A stretch of DNA of 63,635 nucleotides, counting the filler, from Licmophora abbreviata (Eukaryota): assembly GCA_900291995.1 (NCBI GenBank). It is 13 parts of 13 records of this genome, joined end to end, with 100 filler letters (N's around TTAATTAATTAA, not from the genome) between each part and the next. Parts side by side here need not be neighbours in the genome. Positions count along the whole stretch, not along the records: positions 1 to 2,324 come from OLMU01003685.1; positions 2,425 to 4,367 come from OLMU01003686.1; positions 4,468 to 6,310 come from OLMU01003687.1; positions 6,411 to 10,359 come from OLMU01003688.1; positions 10,460 to 13,060 come from OLMU01003690.1; 8 more parts are not named here. One strand, given 5' to 3'. The position numbers and the translations under genes were made by a program. The stretch's first letter is position 1; each line of letters begins with the position of its first letter. The notes beneath the pieces were generated by a model. The model was not told the DNA's origin, searched no databases, and was given only the letters and a program-made list of their open reading frames with translations. This document shows, in pieces, positions 1 through 12,542 of this stretch.

Positions 1-8
1 GAAGAAGA

Positions 9-223
9 ATGCGTCTTGTCGTAATTTGCGCTCTAGGTTTGACGTTGGATAGTCCGCAGAGTGTTTTGGCACTGCGAGAGCAGATGGCGACCGTGCCTGT
101 GGCTCGAACATTCAACAAAGAGGCGGCTCGTACTACAACCACTACTAGTAGTCGTGGTACAGTTCATCGGCGGCGTCGCGCATGGTGGAACGAATCCTGG
201 CGAGGTGGACGTCGTCGAGTCAC

Positions 224-269
<46 letters not shown>

Positions 270-2169
270 GACGAACATAGAGATGCTGGTGGAAAGGAGG
301 AAACGAATGAACCGGGGCAGCAACAGGAACGACATGCACAGCATCCCGACGACGACGTGAGAACAAGTACGATGCCACGCGGCACTCACCAACCCGAGGC
401 AGGGGCGATCGAGGAACGGCAACCTGCAACGACGGTTGGCTCAGAGGCTCTCACGAATACTGAAAAAGGAGAAATCGAAACAAAGCAGCCCTCCCCAGAC
501 CCACCATCGTCCAAAAACCAACAACAACGACGACGACGACTGCCTATTTCTGATTCTGCGGCTGCTGCTGTTGCAGCACCACCCTCCCTGTCGACGCTAT
601 CCTCGTCTATTTCATCCGCCGTGAATCGTCTTTTGCGTCACCCGCAGCTCGGTCGCTGGACACTGACAGGAGTCCAACTCGGCTTGGTCCTCTACCTCGT
701 CCAAGGCATGTGGACTGCAGCCTCGGAACTGATGGATGAATTCCACGCAGATCGCGACGCCTCTCCGACATACTTGCAACGAACCGTAGTGTCGCAAATC
801 TTACAAGAGCTTGATAATGGAACAACGACACAGCCTCCTACTACAACTGCCTCGAAACATGGAAGCACTGCTTTGTCCAAGAATAACAATATCAACGGCA
901 ACACTAGCAAGCCGTCGGTGTTGGCGCAGCAGCCCGTCTTGGCACATTTGTCGAAAACGCTCTTGGCGTCGGGCATGCCGCTTCGGGCGTCGTCGGAGAG
1001 CCCTTCGTCTATGGAACAAGTGCTCTTGTCTTTGACGCAAGCCGAAGTTCTAACTGTTGCAGCAATCTTTGTGGACGAAACCCTCGTTGTCGATCGACTC
1101 CAATGGCGGTCCTACGCACTGGAATGATGTTTGTGGACTTGAGCCTATCAAGGAGTCGTTGCTTGATTTGTTGTGGACATGGAAGCATCGGGATCAAGGA
1201 AGTACCATAAATCCGTACCGACGCTTGGTGAAGCGGCCTCCCGGCGTGCTTTTGTATGGCCCTCCGGGGTGTGGAAAGACACTGTTGGTAAAAGCGATTG
1301 CATCCGAGGCGCGATTGCCATGTTTGATTGTTACGCCGTCCTTGCTCTTGCGAAAGTATGTTGGTGATACCAATCTGCAAGTGCGAACACTGTTTCAGCT
1401 CGCGGAAAAGCTGTCGCCGTGCATCTTGTGTTTGGATGAGCTGGATGGATTGTTCCGGGAACGGTCTTCGACGGAGCATGATGTGAGTCGTGACTTGAAG
1501 ACTGAGTTTTTGCAGTGGTGGGATGGGATTGCCTCTTCGGAACACAGTCGGATACTGGTGGTTGGATCGACCAACCGTCCATTCGACTTAGACGTGGCAG
1601 TTCTACGGCGCATGCCACAATCCTATTTCGTTGGCTTGCCGCACTACGAAGCGCGCATGGAGGTGTTGGAACATTTGACCAAGGGTATCCCCCTCGATCC
1701 GAGCTTTGTTCTGGAGCCGCTCGCATCCAAAACGGAAGGTTACACACCCAGCGATTTGCACCAGGTGATTCAAACGGCAGTGACGGTGGGACCGATGCGA
1801 GAATCTCGCATGACGCAGCTCTTCAGAGCTCTCACGACGAAAGATATCATGTATGCCAAGTCCAAGGTGGGACCGACCCCGTTGACACCGTCTTATCGAA
1901 ACGCACTTATCGAATACGCGCAGCGGGATCAAGCGATTCCGGGTGAAGCCATGGAATACCAGGCTCGCAACAGCGAAAGCAACGACAACAATGTGTGGGC
2001 GAGCTACTTTGACGCTGGCACAGTACATGCAGAGCTCGACACTGGTACTTCTACTCCATCGTTGGAAAGTGATGATCATACGCCTTTCGATTGGACAGAC
2101 GAAGACGCTGTGGAGGGCGACACTGCATATGACGAGCTGCAAACTGATAGTGAGGCGGACGTGGAGTGA
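9..2169 (+). CDS. Msp1/ATAD1-like AAA+ ATPase, split by a +1 frameshift near 1050
   Basis: ORF 1057-2169 has Walker A GPPGCGKT, Walker B LCLDELD, second region of homology STNRPFDLDVAVLRR and GYTPSDL. ORF 9-1127 supplies an N-terminus with poly-Q and one hydrophobic segment. Removing one base at about 1051 joins them as QAEVQLLQQSLW. Confidence 0.8.
225..269 (+). repeat. (CAA)n microsatellite encoding poly-Gln
   Basis: Perfect CAA run seen directly. Confidence 0.95.
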
Positions 2170-2324
2170 ATACTCTTTGTTGCCTTGCTACTTTATAGAA
2201 TGTACTTGCTGAATAGATAGTGTGCCGTATCAGAAAATATGTTAGCCCGCCTTCGTTGTCTCATCGTTGTGTTCGAGATCGCTGCCGTTCGTCTGATGAC
2301 AGACCGCCCTCCGTGGAAGGCGTT

Positions 2325-2424
2325 NNNNNNNNNNNNNNNNNNNNNNNNNNNNNNNNNNNNNNNNNNNNTTAATTAATTAANNNNNNNNNNNNNNNNNNNN
2401 NNNNNNNNNNNNNNNNNNNNNNNN
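2325..2424. other. Artificial 100-bp gap spacer (N44-TTAATTAATTAA-N44). Also at 4368, 6311, 10360, 13061, 16216, 19101, 39667, 43509, 46255, 53576 and 61788
   Basis: Identical palindromic 12-mer with stops in all six frames, flanked by 44 N on each side, seen 12 times. Confidence 0.98.
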
Positions 2425-2834
2425 CGTGTCTTCCAAATACTTTTATACAGCCATGAGTATTGTATTTTTTATTTCATTGTATTAAGAAGTTAATACATCA
2501 GATTTATTGAAGAAAGTCTGCCCATCCACGCGGGACTGGCAAACAGTCTGCCCCCCTGAGGTGGCCGTCCAATTCGTCACAAATTTGCCACCTCAAGACA
2601 CGCCACGCTAAAGAAAGCGAACCAGCTGTCGCCCTCTGTGATGATGACTTACACTTGCACCTTCGCATTCTATTCGCTCGTTCTCGCTGATTCACATTCA
2701 AGTCGTATGGTAGAGAGCGACGACGACGTTACAAACCAGCGCACGACGACAGTCCCGCTGCACCTCACAAAACACAATCCAAGAGCTGAATAAAGCAACG
2801 ATAGTACAAACAGACGAAACACAGTTATATTCAG

Positions 2835-4022
2835 ATGGTGCCTCCCCTTGGACAGATAAACCTCCCTCTTACGAGCACGGCTACTGGCCTGAGCAGACAA
2901 CGAGAAACCGGTGGAACCAACGTTCCTGTCGGAAGTCTTCTACTTCGTGGAACTACAGAACAACGCCCTATCGACTCGTCGGCATCCAAAACTTTTTCGT
3001 CGACCCCGACAGCACCCGAACCACCGCCCACCGGTCGTACGAAGCGAGGGCTTGACGAGCTGTTGACGGAACGAGGATTCGGTCATCTCAAACCACTTCG
3101 GGGCACAATTCCGAGAGCCACCAGCGAGGAACCTGCGAGCTCTTCTACTGACTCAAACGTTGAAGCACTCGAATGCGAGTCTTCGCCACCGCTGAGTCGG
3201 GTGTCGTCGTCGCCTTCCTTCACGACGCAATACCGTACCGTACCTGGCTCGTCAGAGCCTTCCTTATTATTGACGCTACACGAAGAGCCACCGACGTCGC
3301 CGATCAAGCCTCAGCTCCGCAAGAAGATACGAAGCGGCGGAATGCCGTCGTCCGTTTCGGCACCGAATCTCCAATCGCTCGCCGACCATCACAAGAAGAA
3401 ACCTACCGTCATGGGTCTTCGATCGGCCACAACTTTGTCCGAATCATCAGACAACAACGCGAACTTCTGTCACCCTTCATACGCCACAACGAACCCAGAT
3501 TTATTCCTTCGACAAATCATCGAGTCGCAAGGCCGTTCCTACAAGACACATTCGTCGCTTTCCCTCAACGACCAGTTTTTTCTTGAGATTGCCTCAGAGC
3601 ACATTGCTGCATACACATCGGAAGTCATTGCCGCTGTCCGAGAAGCAAACATAGACGCCCTCCACTGCATGCATCATGAAGGCAAGTTATTGCAGTGCTG
3701 CAACAAGTTTGGGGAAAGCATTGTACACATGGCATGTCGGAAGGGCTCTCTGGAGGTGGTGAAGTTCCTACTGGAGCAAGCGAGAGTAAGCCTACGTGTG
3801 CGCGACGATTATGGACGAACGCCACTCCATGATGCCTTCTGGACCCAAGAACCGCAACCGGAACTAGTCAAACTCGTGATTGAGACTTGTCCGGATCTGC
3901 TACTCTGCACTGACAAGCGAGGGTTTACTCCGCTCTCGTATGTGAGACGAGACCATTGGGCTACATGGTGTCGTTTTCTGGACGCTCACCGGGAATTGGT
4001 GCTTCCGAGGGAGCTGCTGTAG
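2835..4022 (+). CDS. Ankyrin-repeat protein with Ser/Pro-rich disordered N-terminus
   Basis: GESIVHMACRKGSLEVVKFLL, DDYGRTPLHDA and DKRGFTPLSY ankyrin motifs at the C-terminus. Confidence 0.88.
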   Translation: MVPPLGQINLPLTSTATGLSRQRETGGTNVPVGSLLLRGTTEQRPIDSSASKTFSSTPTAPEPPPTGRTKRGLDELLTERGFGHLKPLRGTIPRATSEEPASSSTDSNVEALECESSPPLSRVSSSPSFTTQYRTVPGSSEPSLLLTLHEEPPTSPIKPQLRKKIRSGGMPSSVSAPNLQSLADHHKKKPTVMGLRSATTLSESSDNNANFCHPSYATTNPDLFLRQIIESQGRSYKTHSSLSLNDQFFLEIASEHIAAYTSEVIAAVREANIDALHCMHHEGKLLQCCNKFGESIVHMACRKGSLEVVKFLLEQARVSLRVRDDYGRTPLHDAFWTQEPQPELVKLVIETCPDLLLCTDKRGFTPLSYVRRDHWATWCRFLDAHRELVLPRELL

Positions 4023-4565
4023 AAAGCGCTTCTGAACGACTCGAAACTAGGCTGCTGCGGTAGTTTTGTACCTTATTGAGCGCATACTGGGGAAACTTAT
4101 TTAGATTTAGAGCACACCTGTTTTACGAAAGACGAGTTAGGCCACTTTAGGAGTCGAGCCGTCTGCTGCTACCCCTTGTAAAGATACACTTGTAAAGATA
4201 TAAAAGATGCTATGGGAATGACATACCGATACGTCAATCTACCATGTGGGCCCTTGTTAGATTCTTCAGCCGCCAGTTTTATGCGGTGGGGCCTCTTTGG
4301 ACTTATGACCTTATTAGAGACCGTTAATGGCCCATTATCGGTCTTTTGCAGGGATCGCATCGATGCTNNNNNNNNNNNNNNNNNNNNNNNNNNNNNNNNN
4401 NNNNNNNNNNNTTAATTAATTAANNNNNNNNNNNNNNNNNNNNNNNNNNNNNNNNNNNNNNNNNNNNCCCACCAACGTTGTGTTTGGTGTCACAAGTTTC
4501 AAATCGAGATCACAAACCCTGACCCCTCCAGTCAAACTTCTTCTTCTTCTTCTTCTTCCCTCGCC

Positions 4566-5135
4566 ATGCCCCATCTTACCCACGCCGTTCGCTTTCACCC
4601 CAGCGTCGTTACCGACGTCATGTATCTCCCGTCTCTTTCCACGGAGCTCAAGACCGCCCAATTCTACTCAGCCGACGAAATCGGAGTCTTCCACTCGTAC
4701 TGGCGACAGGCGGCCATGAAGAACAGCATGAATAGACAACTGGAGAAGCAGCAAGTCGCATCTGCAAGAGCTCAAGTCACACGCATCCTCACTAAGCAGC
4801 TTGAAAGCCGACTTCCAGTGTGCCAGACGCCTCTCTCCCCGCAAATGCACCCAATCCCGGTGTCGCCAGTCACAAATCGGAACAAACTTGTGACTCCTCC
4901 TCCCACTTCTCAGGAAGCAGATCCATCCGCATTTTCTCCCTACCCAGCCTCGGAGAAGCGCGTCAGGACGCCTGTGACGACCAAGCGACTTTACATCGAC
5001 GCCAAAATGGCCAACATGCATCGAATCGACGAAGAGCACCCATACCCGAAACTTCCATTCCCCTCCATCCCTAACAAGAGAAGGCGCATTGCTTCTCCAT
5101 GGGTAGATCCTCCCAGAACGAAGATCTGTTGGTGA
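4566..5135 (+). CDS. Hypothetical protein
   Basis: 189-aa ATG ORF after a pyrimidine-rich leader, with a VRF...FYS.DEI..F segment and a Pro-rich tail. No domain recognised. Confidence 0.55.
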   Translation: MPHLTHAVRFHPSVVTDVMYLPSLSTELKTAQFYSADEIGVFHSYWRQAAMKNSMNRQLEKQQVASARAQVTRILTKQLESRLPVCQTPLSPQMHPIPVSPVTNRNKLVTPPPTSQEADPSAFSPYPASEKRVRTPVTTKRLYIDAKMANMHRIDEEHPYPKLPFPSIPNKRRRIASPWVDPPRTKICW

Positions 5136-5304
5136 AGTGAGTACATCTCTCTTGGTAACCACCTTGTCATACATGGTACGCATAACATTACTGGAAAATC
5201 GATCCCATGCCGAGTCGTGATATTGCTAGGTACGACTCGTAGTCCCGTGACCAAGTACGATACGAGAAAGAACCGAAAAACAGCTAGAAACTGTATGTGT
5301 CCTA

Positions 5305-6310
5305 TTAACAACAAATCTTAAAATTATTCATGTTTCCCATTGCTCTGCCCACCAGCTGTTGCCTTCGTGTGAGTCGAGTCCATGATTGCAGCTGACGACG
5401 CTCAGGCTTCAGTTCCGACACAACGGGGTCTTTCTGTGAGAGATTCTGCGCCTCCACTTCCTGGGCCCGCCTCGCCTCACTGGCTTTCTGCACCCTGTCT
5501 TTGTACTTGTGACAAACTCTTTGGAGGTCTGCGGGATTACCAAACTTGAAATCCTCGGGAGGGATCGTGATTTTCACCTGACTTTCCCGGTGTTGGTGAT
5601 GGTCGTCGGCATGGCTTTTGTATGTCCACTCTTCGCTGCTGGATTCACTGTCTTGAAGTTTACGGTACGCGTAGGGACCAGACACGTCGTATCCTTGCTC
5701 TCGAGAGTCAGATGTCCCGTGCCCACCATCCTCGGAAGATGACTTCCCACCACGGGGGTGATGGGCGTATGTGCCGTCGTAACCCGACCCACCGGAATGG
5801 GACGAGGAGTGAGACGACGATTCGAAGAAGCCATTCCAGGGACCGTAGATCGTTCGCTTTGCGCCAGGTTCGAGATCTTCACGTATGGCGTAACCACGAC
5901 CGTGACGAATGACTGTGCCAGTCTCGGTACGGCGTTCTCCTGTGGCAATGACGGAGCCTACAAACTTCTTTTGTTGATCGGCAGATGTCAATGCGCCCGA
6001 TGCACCCTCTGTAATGAGGGTGGCCTTGTAGTCACTCGGGTTGGTGACGTTATCGACCAATAAAACACCGACGGGGTCGCGTTGGGTGACACCGTTGGCG
6101 TTGTTTACGGTAATGTTGGTACCTGTAATCGTAACGTTCTTTCCAGTGACAGGATCGTAGATGTGAGTGTAGGGCTGGTTACCGTTGTTGGGATCGCGTG
6201 GCGTAGCCATCACTTCCTCAGTGACAGACTTGGTGCCGTCCAGAATGACGGTACCAGCTCCATCGGAGATAATCAATTCGTCGCCCTTGTCAATCTTGAC
6301 ATATCCACCA
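5305..6310 (-). CDS. 3' part of a hypothetical gene, open to the gap; possibly the continuation of the 6411-8029 gene
   Basis: The frame stays open from the gap edge (GYVKIDKGDELIISDG...) to the stop at 5305. Beta-rich segment, then Ser/His/Gly-rich region with RKL and RQL motifs. Confidence 0.6.
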
Positions 6311-6410
6311 NNNNNNNNNNNNNNNNNNNNNNNNNNNNNNNNNNNNNNNNNNNNTTAATTAATTAANNNNNNNNNNNNNNNNNNNNNNNNNNNNNNNNNN
6401 NNNNNNNNNN

Positions 6411-8029
6411 CATCGTTGGGCTCGGCATTGATGGACATGAACTCGGGTGCCACTTCTTCTCCTGTGGAGGAAGTAATCTCCTCCAAGAGGACAGGGACGT
6501 CCACGTAGCCCGGAATGTCCGCAGGCGGAAGACGCTCTACAGAGACACGGCTCTGGCCGTGGCCGAGAACCTGAAAGAAGGTAGCCGCTTTGCCGTAGTC
6601 GGCTGACTCCAGCACAACCGCATCTGTATCGATACCGGCCGCCCCATCCTTCATCTTGGACATGGCGGGGAACAGGCAGTTGGGCGTGTGCGGAGGACAA
6701 ATGAGCTTCTTGGCAAGAATCATTCGACTGAACATCCCGGCGGTAGAGGCCACCATTTGCCACCTGATGCCGTGACCGCCATTGAATCCAGTGTTGACGA
6801 GAGTCGGGTAGGCGCCGCGCATGGCGTCCTGCAATTGCTCGGCATAGTCAGCACACAGCTGACCGGTCGGGAGGTATCCCGAAGCACAGAGCGGACTTGT
6901 CAAGATGGAGATACTAGTGACAGTCACGTCGGTGGGAAAGTACGACATGTAGACGGTTGGATCCAAACCAAGCGAACTGACATCGATGTAGATGACGACG
7001 CCGCTGTCGGACTCGGCGGGCGGTGCGTCCGTCACATTGGACATGATCTTGGCGACATAGCCCAGTCGAGATCTCACTTGTTTGTAAATGGAAGTGAGCG
7101 GAATCACGTTTGGCGGGTAGGCATCGGTCTCAAGGACAATCTTGTCTCCACGAATACCCGCTTCGGTCGTCTCGACAATGTTCTGACTGGCATACGTCTC
7201 GGGATAGACGAGGCAGTGGTGAGCTGCGTAGGGCTTGACACGATCGTTCTCCTTGACAGGATCGAACTGTTCGAGGCAAATTTTGCACTGCGCCTTGAGG
7301 TCTGCTTCCGTCAAGAGAGCCGAGTTGGGTGCGACACGAGCCACCGGCAACATTTGCTGCACGGTCGTACGGTCGACTCCCGTGACTGCCTCATCCCACG
7401 TTCGCGAACGAAAGCAGTCATGACGGTAACGAGAACGACCGTTAAGGCGATCAAGGATGGAGGATGCCATAATTTCCATGATGCGGTAGGAGGGTGCGGT
7501 CCAGTCCATGCACACCGAATCGTCTTCTTGAATGTAGATCGCCTGGTCGTAGTTGTCGGCACCGCGACGAATCCATTCCTGGCAAATGGCAATATGAGAA
7601 GGAATATCGGTTCCAACATTAATAGAAGGTGGCTTTGGGATGTCATAGGCCATTTGCAAATTCAGCGCATAAATGTTATGAACACACTACCGTAAAGAGG
7701 GAGAGGGGGGTAGAAAGTGAGCGACAAGTTTCAGCGTTCGAAAGTACACACCAAGAGGCCAACATTCGTCCGTCGATACCTCCCCTCCATCCATGCAGTG
7801 CATCAATTGTACATACCTGCAGGGCAAGTTTACGGAGCCCACCTCCGTTCGACAGATAACGATTTGGATTCTGCACAACACCCATGAAGGCCAACAAAGG
7901 CAAGGCAATCAGCATCACGCGACGACTCCGCTTCCAGTTGGTACTGGGCTGCGCTTGACTGTCGTCATGGCGCTGGTATCGCTGCAGGGGGACCCCATGA
8001 GGACCATGATAGGGACGCAACATGGTCAA
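6411..8029 (-). CDS. Type II membrane protein, possibly glycosyltransferase-like (exons 8029-7817 and 7686-gap)
   Basis: Exon 1 has a single TM (VMLIALPLLAFMGVV). Intron 7816-7687 (GTATGT...polypyrimidine-TAG) joins in frame to the 434-aa Cys-containing ORF. Function is weak inference only. Confidence 0.65.
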
Positions 8030-8399
8030 TCGACAAACTCAGAGGGAGGGTGATGAGAGTAACAATTATGTGAAGATTTACAATTCGATGACTCTTTCGA
8101 AGTGCCGGAAGGCGAAAAGCGCTTTGGGAGTAATAATGACCTATTGAAGAGTCATTTGGTCGTTTGAATGTTATTCATGTATGAAGATTATAGTATTGAT
8201 TCGACGACTGTTGCGACATTCATTCCAAAGGTCATTGGACATATTAGAATATGACCAGCAGAGTTTCGAGCGCGACGAGCTTTCTTCACAGAAGCGCGAT
8301 CAAAAAGCTCACATTCAACATACAGGCGCAATGAGCTGTGAGCACGCTCTCAACACTCGACATCATCACCAAAAGACACCTACACTGTCATTGTTCGCG

Positions 8400-9794
8400 A
8401 TGGACCCCTTTTCGAGTCTGCTTGACTCCATCTTTGATGAAAATGCTACGGCTCTGGATCTTCTGTCCCTGGTCCTGTGTCTGGCCGTGTTTTGGGCCCT
8501 TGCCTTTGCTCTAGTCGCCGCCATAGCTCGTCCTCTAATTCACAATCAGCCTTGGCTCATTGCAGCCGGAGAGCGAGACTACGATCGAGGCGGTAAGGAG
8601 CTGAATGAGAAGCTGGGTGTTCCTAAATCAAAAGAAGAGCATGTTGCATTCTTCATGGACATGGTACGTCAAGAATTGGATTGACTCGACTCACCGACGA
8701 CACAGAGCAACCGGTCGTTTCTCACGTTCCTCCCTCGCCATCACGACAGTGGCCATGGAGCCAAGGCGTGTTTTTACAACACATGGTTGGCGGATTCTTG
8801 TGTGTCCCAGCCGTAGTGGGAGGCTTGGAGCCGTCCACGGCGGCGTCTCTGGCCTGTATGGGGATTCTGAGTGAAATGGGGTGGGAGGCTCAGGATATTC
8901 TCACGTGGATCTACAAGCGATACGTCGCGAAAGGCGGGCAGACACGCGTCCCTGCGGCGGTGAGTACAGCAATACTGATGTTGCATGATGGCATTCTATT
9001 CACCTGTGTGTGGTCTAGAGGTCGCGCAGTGTCGACGGTCACACTCATTACCTTTGTTCTTGTTTCTAAACAACACCCAGCTTGTTTTGATTTTGGCGAT
9101 TCACCACAGCCTCACAACGACACTCGGAATTCCCCTCATTCTTCACTATCGCAACACATCGACACTCCATTGGCTCTGTTTTGACCTCCAATTTGCGGCT
9201 GCCACGGCACTTTGTGTGACGGAATACACCAAACTGCTTGATATTTCCAAACCGTTTCAACTGCGACAGTTTCAAGTACTGACATTCGTTGCCCTGGTTG
9301 TCATGGTGTGGACACGATTCTTTCACTGGATATACTTGTGTGGAGATTTCATGCTACTATGGTATCGACAAAGTGCGTGGGGCTTTCTGGTAGTAGGTGG
9401 TATTTTGTCCTTTGCCTTTTCTGCGTTCAATTGGCTATTTTGCATTCAACCCTTCTATGGGCGCTTTGTCAAATTCATGAAGTTGTCGGCCGACTATGAG
9501 GCGCTCCCGGCGACCGCTGACCGGACGACACGACGCATGTCCCTCCTCAACTTGCAAGACGCGGCTGCCAATGTCATTGGACACCGTCAGCTGGAGGATG
9601 AGTTGGCGTCGATGCTTTTTGTAGAGCGGTCTGTGGAACGACGGAGCACTCTTCCGCCCTCCATGATGTTTGGATCTGGTGCTAGCAAGAAACGATCGTC
9701 GATTGCAATGTTGCGTGCATCAACGGGGGATATGTCGTATCTTCTGTCACAGCTCCAAGCGATTGACGAAGTTGAAGGATTCAAAGAAGCATGA
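8400..9794 (+). CDS. Multi-pass membrane protein, TLC (TRAM/LAG1/CLN8)-domain-like; exons 8400-8663, 8750-8959, 9081-9794
   Basis: Two phase-0 GT-AG introns give a continuous frame with several TM helices, LQH, IHH and WTR motifs resembling TLC domains. Confidence 0.7.
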
Positions 9795-9924
9795 TCGCGC
9801 GAACGGCACAAAGTTTGCTTCTGGTTGTAACTAAAACGTATATTCAACAGTCACGGCGCGAGGTTGCCAGTTACACAAGAGCACAGTTCTGTTTTAAATC
9901 TATCACACGTTTGACGGCAGAGCT

Positions 9925-11452
9925 CTAATAGATGCCTGGGTTTTCCTCGCTTCCTCTGAGTTTTCTGCTCCCACCTTTTCCTTTTCCACCCTTGCCTTCT
10001 CCTTTCTTTCCTCGTGACAACTTGGAGTGGCTCTTAGCCTTGCTCTGATCCTTCTTTCCTTTACCGCCTTTGCCTTTGCTGTTGCCCTTACTTCCTTTGC
10101 CGTCCTTGCCCTTGCTGTTGCTCTTACTTCCTTTTCCTCCCTTTCCGTTGCCCTTTCCTTCGCACTCGCCCGAGCCGCCTTTTCCTTTACCGTTACAGGT
10201 TGGCTCGGCGCCTGCGAAAGGCGGGAATGTGGCACTTGGAGATCCACCTGGAGATGGACCTGGAGATCCACCCGGGGACGGTCCCGGAGATCCCCCAGGA
10301 GACGGGCCTGGTGATCCACCTGGAGATGGACCTCCACCCGGAGACGGACCTGGAGATCCNNNNNNNNNNNNNNNNNNNNNNNNNNNNNNNNNNNNNNNNN
10401 NNNTTAATTAATTAANNNNNNNNNNNNNNNNNNNNNNNNNNNNNNNNNNNNNNNNNNNNGTCCAACACTGGTGCAAGGGTAGGCGGTGGCGACGGTTCCG
10501 GGGTAGGGTCCAAAACTGGTGCGAGGGTAGGACTCGGAGTCGGCGCGGAAGTCGGGTCAGGTACCGGCGCGAGGGTAGGACTCGGAGTCGGCGCGGGTGT
10601 CGTTGGCACTGATTCCGCAAATGGTGCTGCCGAGGGTGCACCTGATGGAGCGCCAATTGTGCATGCCGTAAACTGACTGTAATAATACTCTGAGGTATCC
10701 GTAGCATTGCTATTCTGTAGCACCACTGTAATATCAAATGTCAAATACTCGATGGGTTGATCGATCCTGAAGTCGGCAACCACCTTGATTTTGTCAGAAG
10801 GATCCGTGTGTGTCAAGCCCCCTACGTTGGCATCGCATATACCGAGCTCTTGAATGTCCGTGGCGCCTGCGGGTACAGTCATTAGGTTAGACGTATCGCT
10901 TCCTGGTGGACCAGAGAGACGCCACAGGAAGCCTCGAAAAGCCGAGTCCGGATCGAGCATGACGAGAGACAGCTCATAATCGACACCGATTTCGATAAGG
11001 TCGGTACACTTGTCCAAATGCATACAAAACCCGTCGAGTCGAAATTCCATGCTAAAAGAGAGTAAGATGATGAGTGTGCATCAGTGAGTAACGTATGTGT
11101 ATGTGCGGTGTATGGGTGCACGACTCATTCTTATTGAAACATATCACTTACTATCCACCTTCCAGTGTGCCAATCTTGGTGGTCTTGCGCTGTAGGTGCG
11201 ATCCTCCCACTGCTGCACCGCTTCCATCCGATCGAAAGCCTGAACGAAGAATGAACGAACGCAATACATCACGGGCACGTATGTGTAAGTCCTGAAATCG
11301 ATGAAATTTGAAACGACGCTTTTCTTGTGGATGCACGCACCATTGCAACTTCCCGCTCCTGTGGGAAAGGCGTCTACAGAGCCACCATGCTGATAGAGGG
11401 AGAGAAGCAGGGCCACCAGGGCACTCCGGGAAGCAACAACGAGACCGACCAT
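9925..11452 (-). CDS. Secreted Reeler-like domain protein with Pro-Thr stalk, SPGG repeats and Lys/Gly tail (copy A); spans gap 10360-10459
   Basis: Exons 11452-11341, 11239-11152 and 11051-gap. Signal peptide, FPTGAGSC...AVGGSH...FRGFLWRL...GLTHTD. Past the gap the minus frame reads (GGSPGPSP)n-TCNGKGKGG...KSHSKLS...GGSRKLRGSEENPGIY to TAG at 9925. Confidence 0.8.
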
Positions 11453-12168
11453 GTTGAGTCAGTCGTTTTATCCTTTCAACAAATGACAAGCTTTAGTGTG
11501 AGCCAATGTTCGGAAGACTGCAACCAGACCGTAGACCCAGGATACACGGGGCCGAGTCGCCGAAGGTCGAGTCGTTTTGAACTTCGTAGCACATGAACAT
11601 ACTAGTCCCGCGAGGTCGTATCTAGATAATACGCTCTGCAGGTGCACCATAAATTGGAGTCGTATATCTGGAGTCCCGCTTGTGCGACTGCTTATCTGTG
11701 TCATGTGGTCATCATCTCGTGCCCAACATTCCCCGTCGAGGTGAGTCCCACTGTCTGTGTGTAAAGAACCGCTGGAAGAAGAGAGGAGCGACGCACCGAC
11801 GAAAGCCTTGGCGATGACCAATGACGCAGGTGTCTGCGTCGCCATCAGTTGCCACAACTGCTAAAGCCCTAACGACGACCTGGCCTTCAATGACAAGGGA
11901 AGAGCAGGGTTGAGGTGAATGGGACGTCAGGAAGGGCGAAGTGACCGCATGCTCGTAATCGCTATTTAGATGGAAGAGTCGTTGGACTTGACTGACTCGC
12001 TTGCGGCGATTCGGATGGCGTCTGGATATCGCACTGGCTGGAAATAGATTGATTCGATTCATTCATGTGACGGAATATCGGAAGAGGGAATCAACAACCA
12101 TACCTTATCTGCCTTGACCCTCTTCCTGGACGACCGCTAGGAGTACCGGCACCGGTAGCAGCACGACA

Positions 12169-12349
12169 ATGACAGCCCCAGACGATGCTCCGGATCTGAA
12201 CTCATTCGAAGAGCTCATGAAGAAGCGAGCCAGAGTAAGTTCCAAAATTTGAAACGTCAAACCGTGTGTCTGCAGAAAGTCAGCGTTCACCTCGCGCTCA
12301 ATGTTCTGTTTGTATTACACAGGCTAAGATTGCAATGTTGCGTGCGTGA
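12169..12349 (+). pseudogene. Chimeric relic: copy of SF-assemblin exon 1 plus intron fused to a copy of the TLC gene tail
   Basis: 12169-12234 encodes MTAPDDAPDLNSFEELMKKRAR (compare 14485-14568), followed by an intron GTAAGT..ACAG, then AKIAMLRA-stop matching 9701-9720. Confidence 0.75.
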
Positions 12350-12542
12350 GCGGGGGATGTCTCGTATTTTTATCGCAGCTCCAAGCAATTCACGAAGTTG
12401 AGAAGATTGATCACTCGAACGGCACAAGGTTTACTTCTGGTTCATTCTATAATGTAACATTGAACAGTCATGGCGCGAGGTTGCCATTTTCAAAAGAGCA
12501 CAGTTCTGTTCCAGATCTATATCAAACGTTTGCCGGCAGGCT

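Noticed and set aside
2369..2380. TTAATTAATTAA palindrome repeated 12 times, resembling a regular repeat or insertion site
   Set aside because: Always centred in 88 N; an artificial six-frame-stop gap spacer.
4170..4367. Compositionally distinct contig-end sequence, possibly a transposon end
   Set aside because: No terminal repeat partner or coding evidence within the window.
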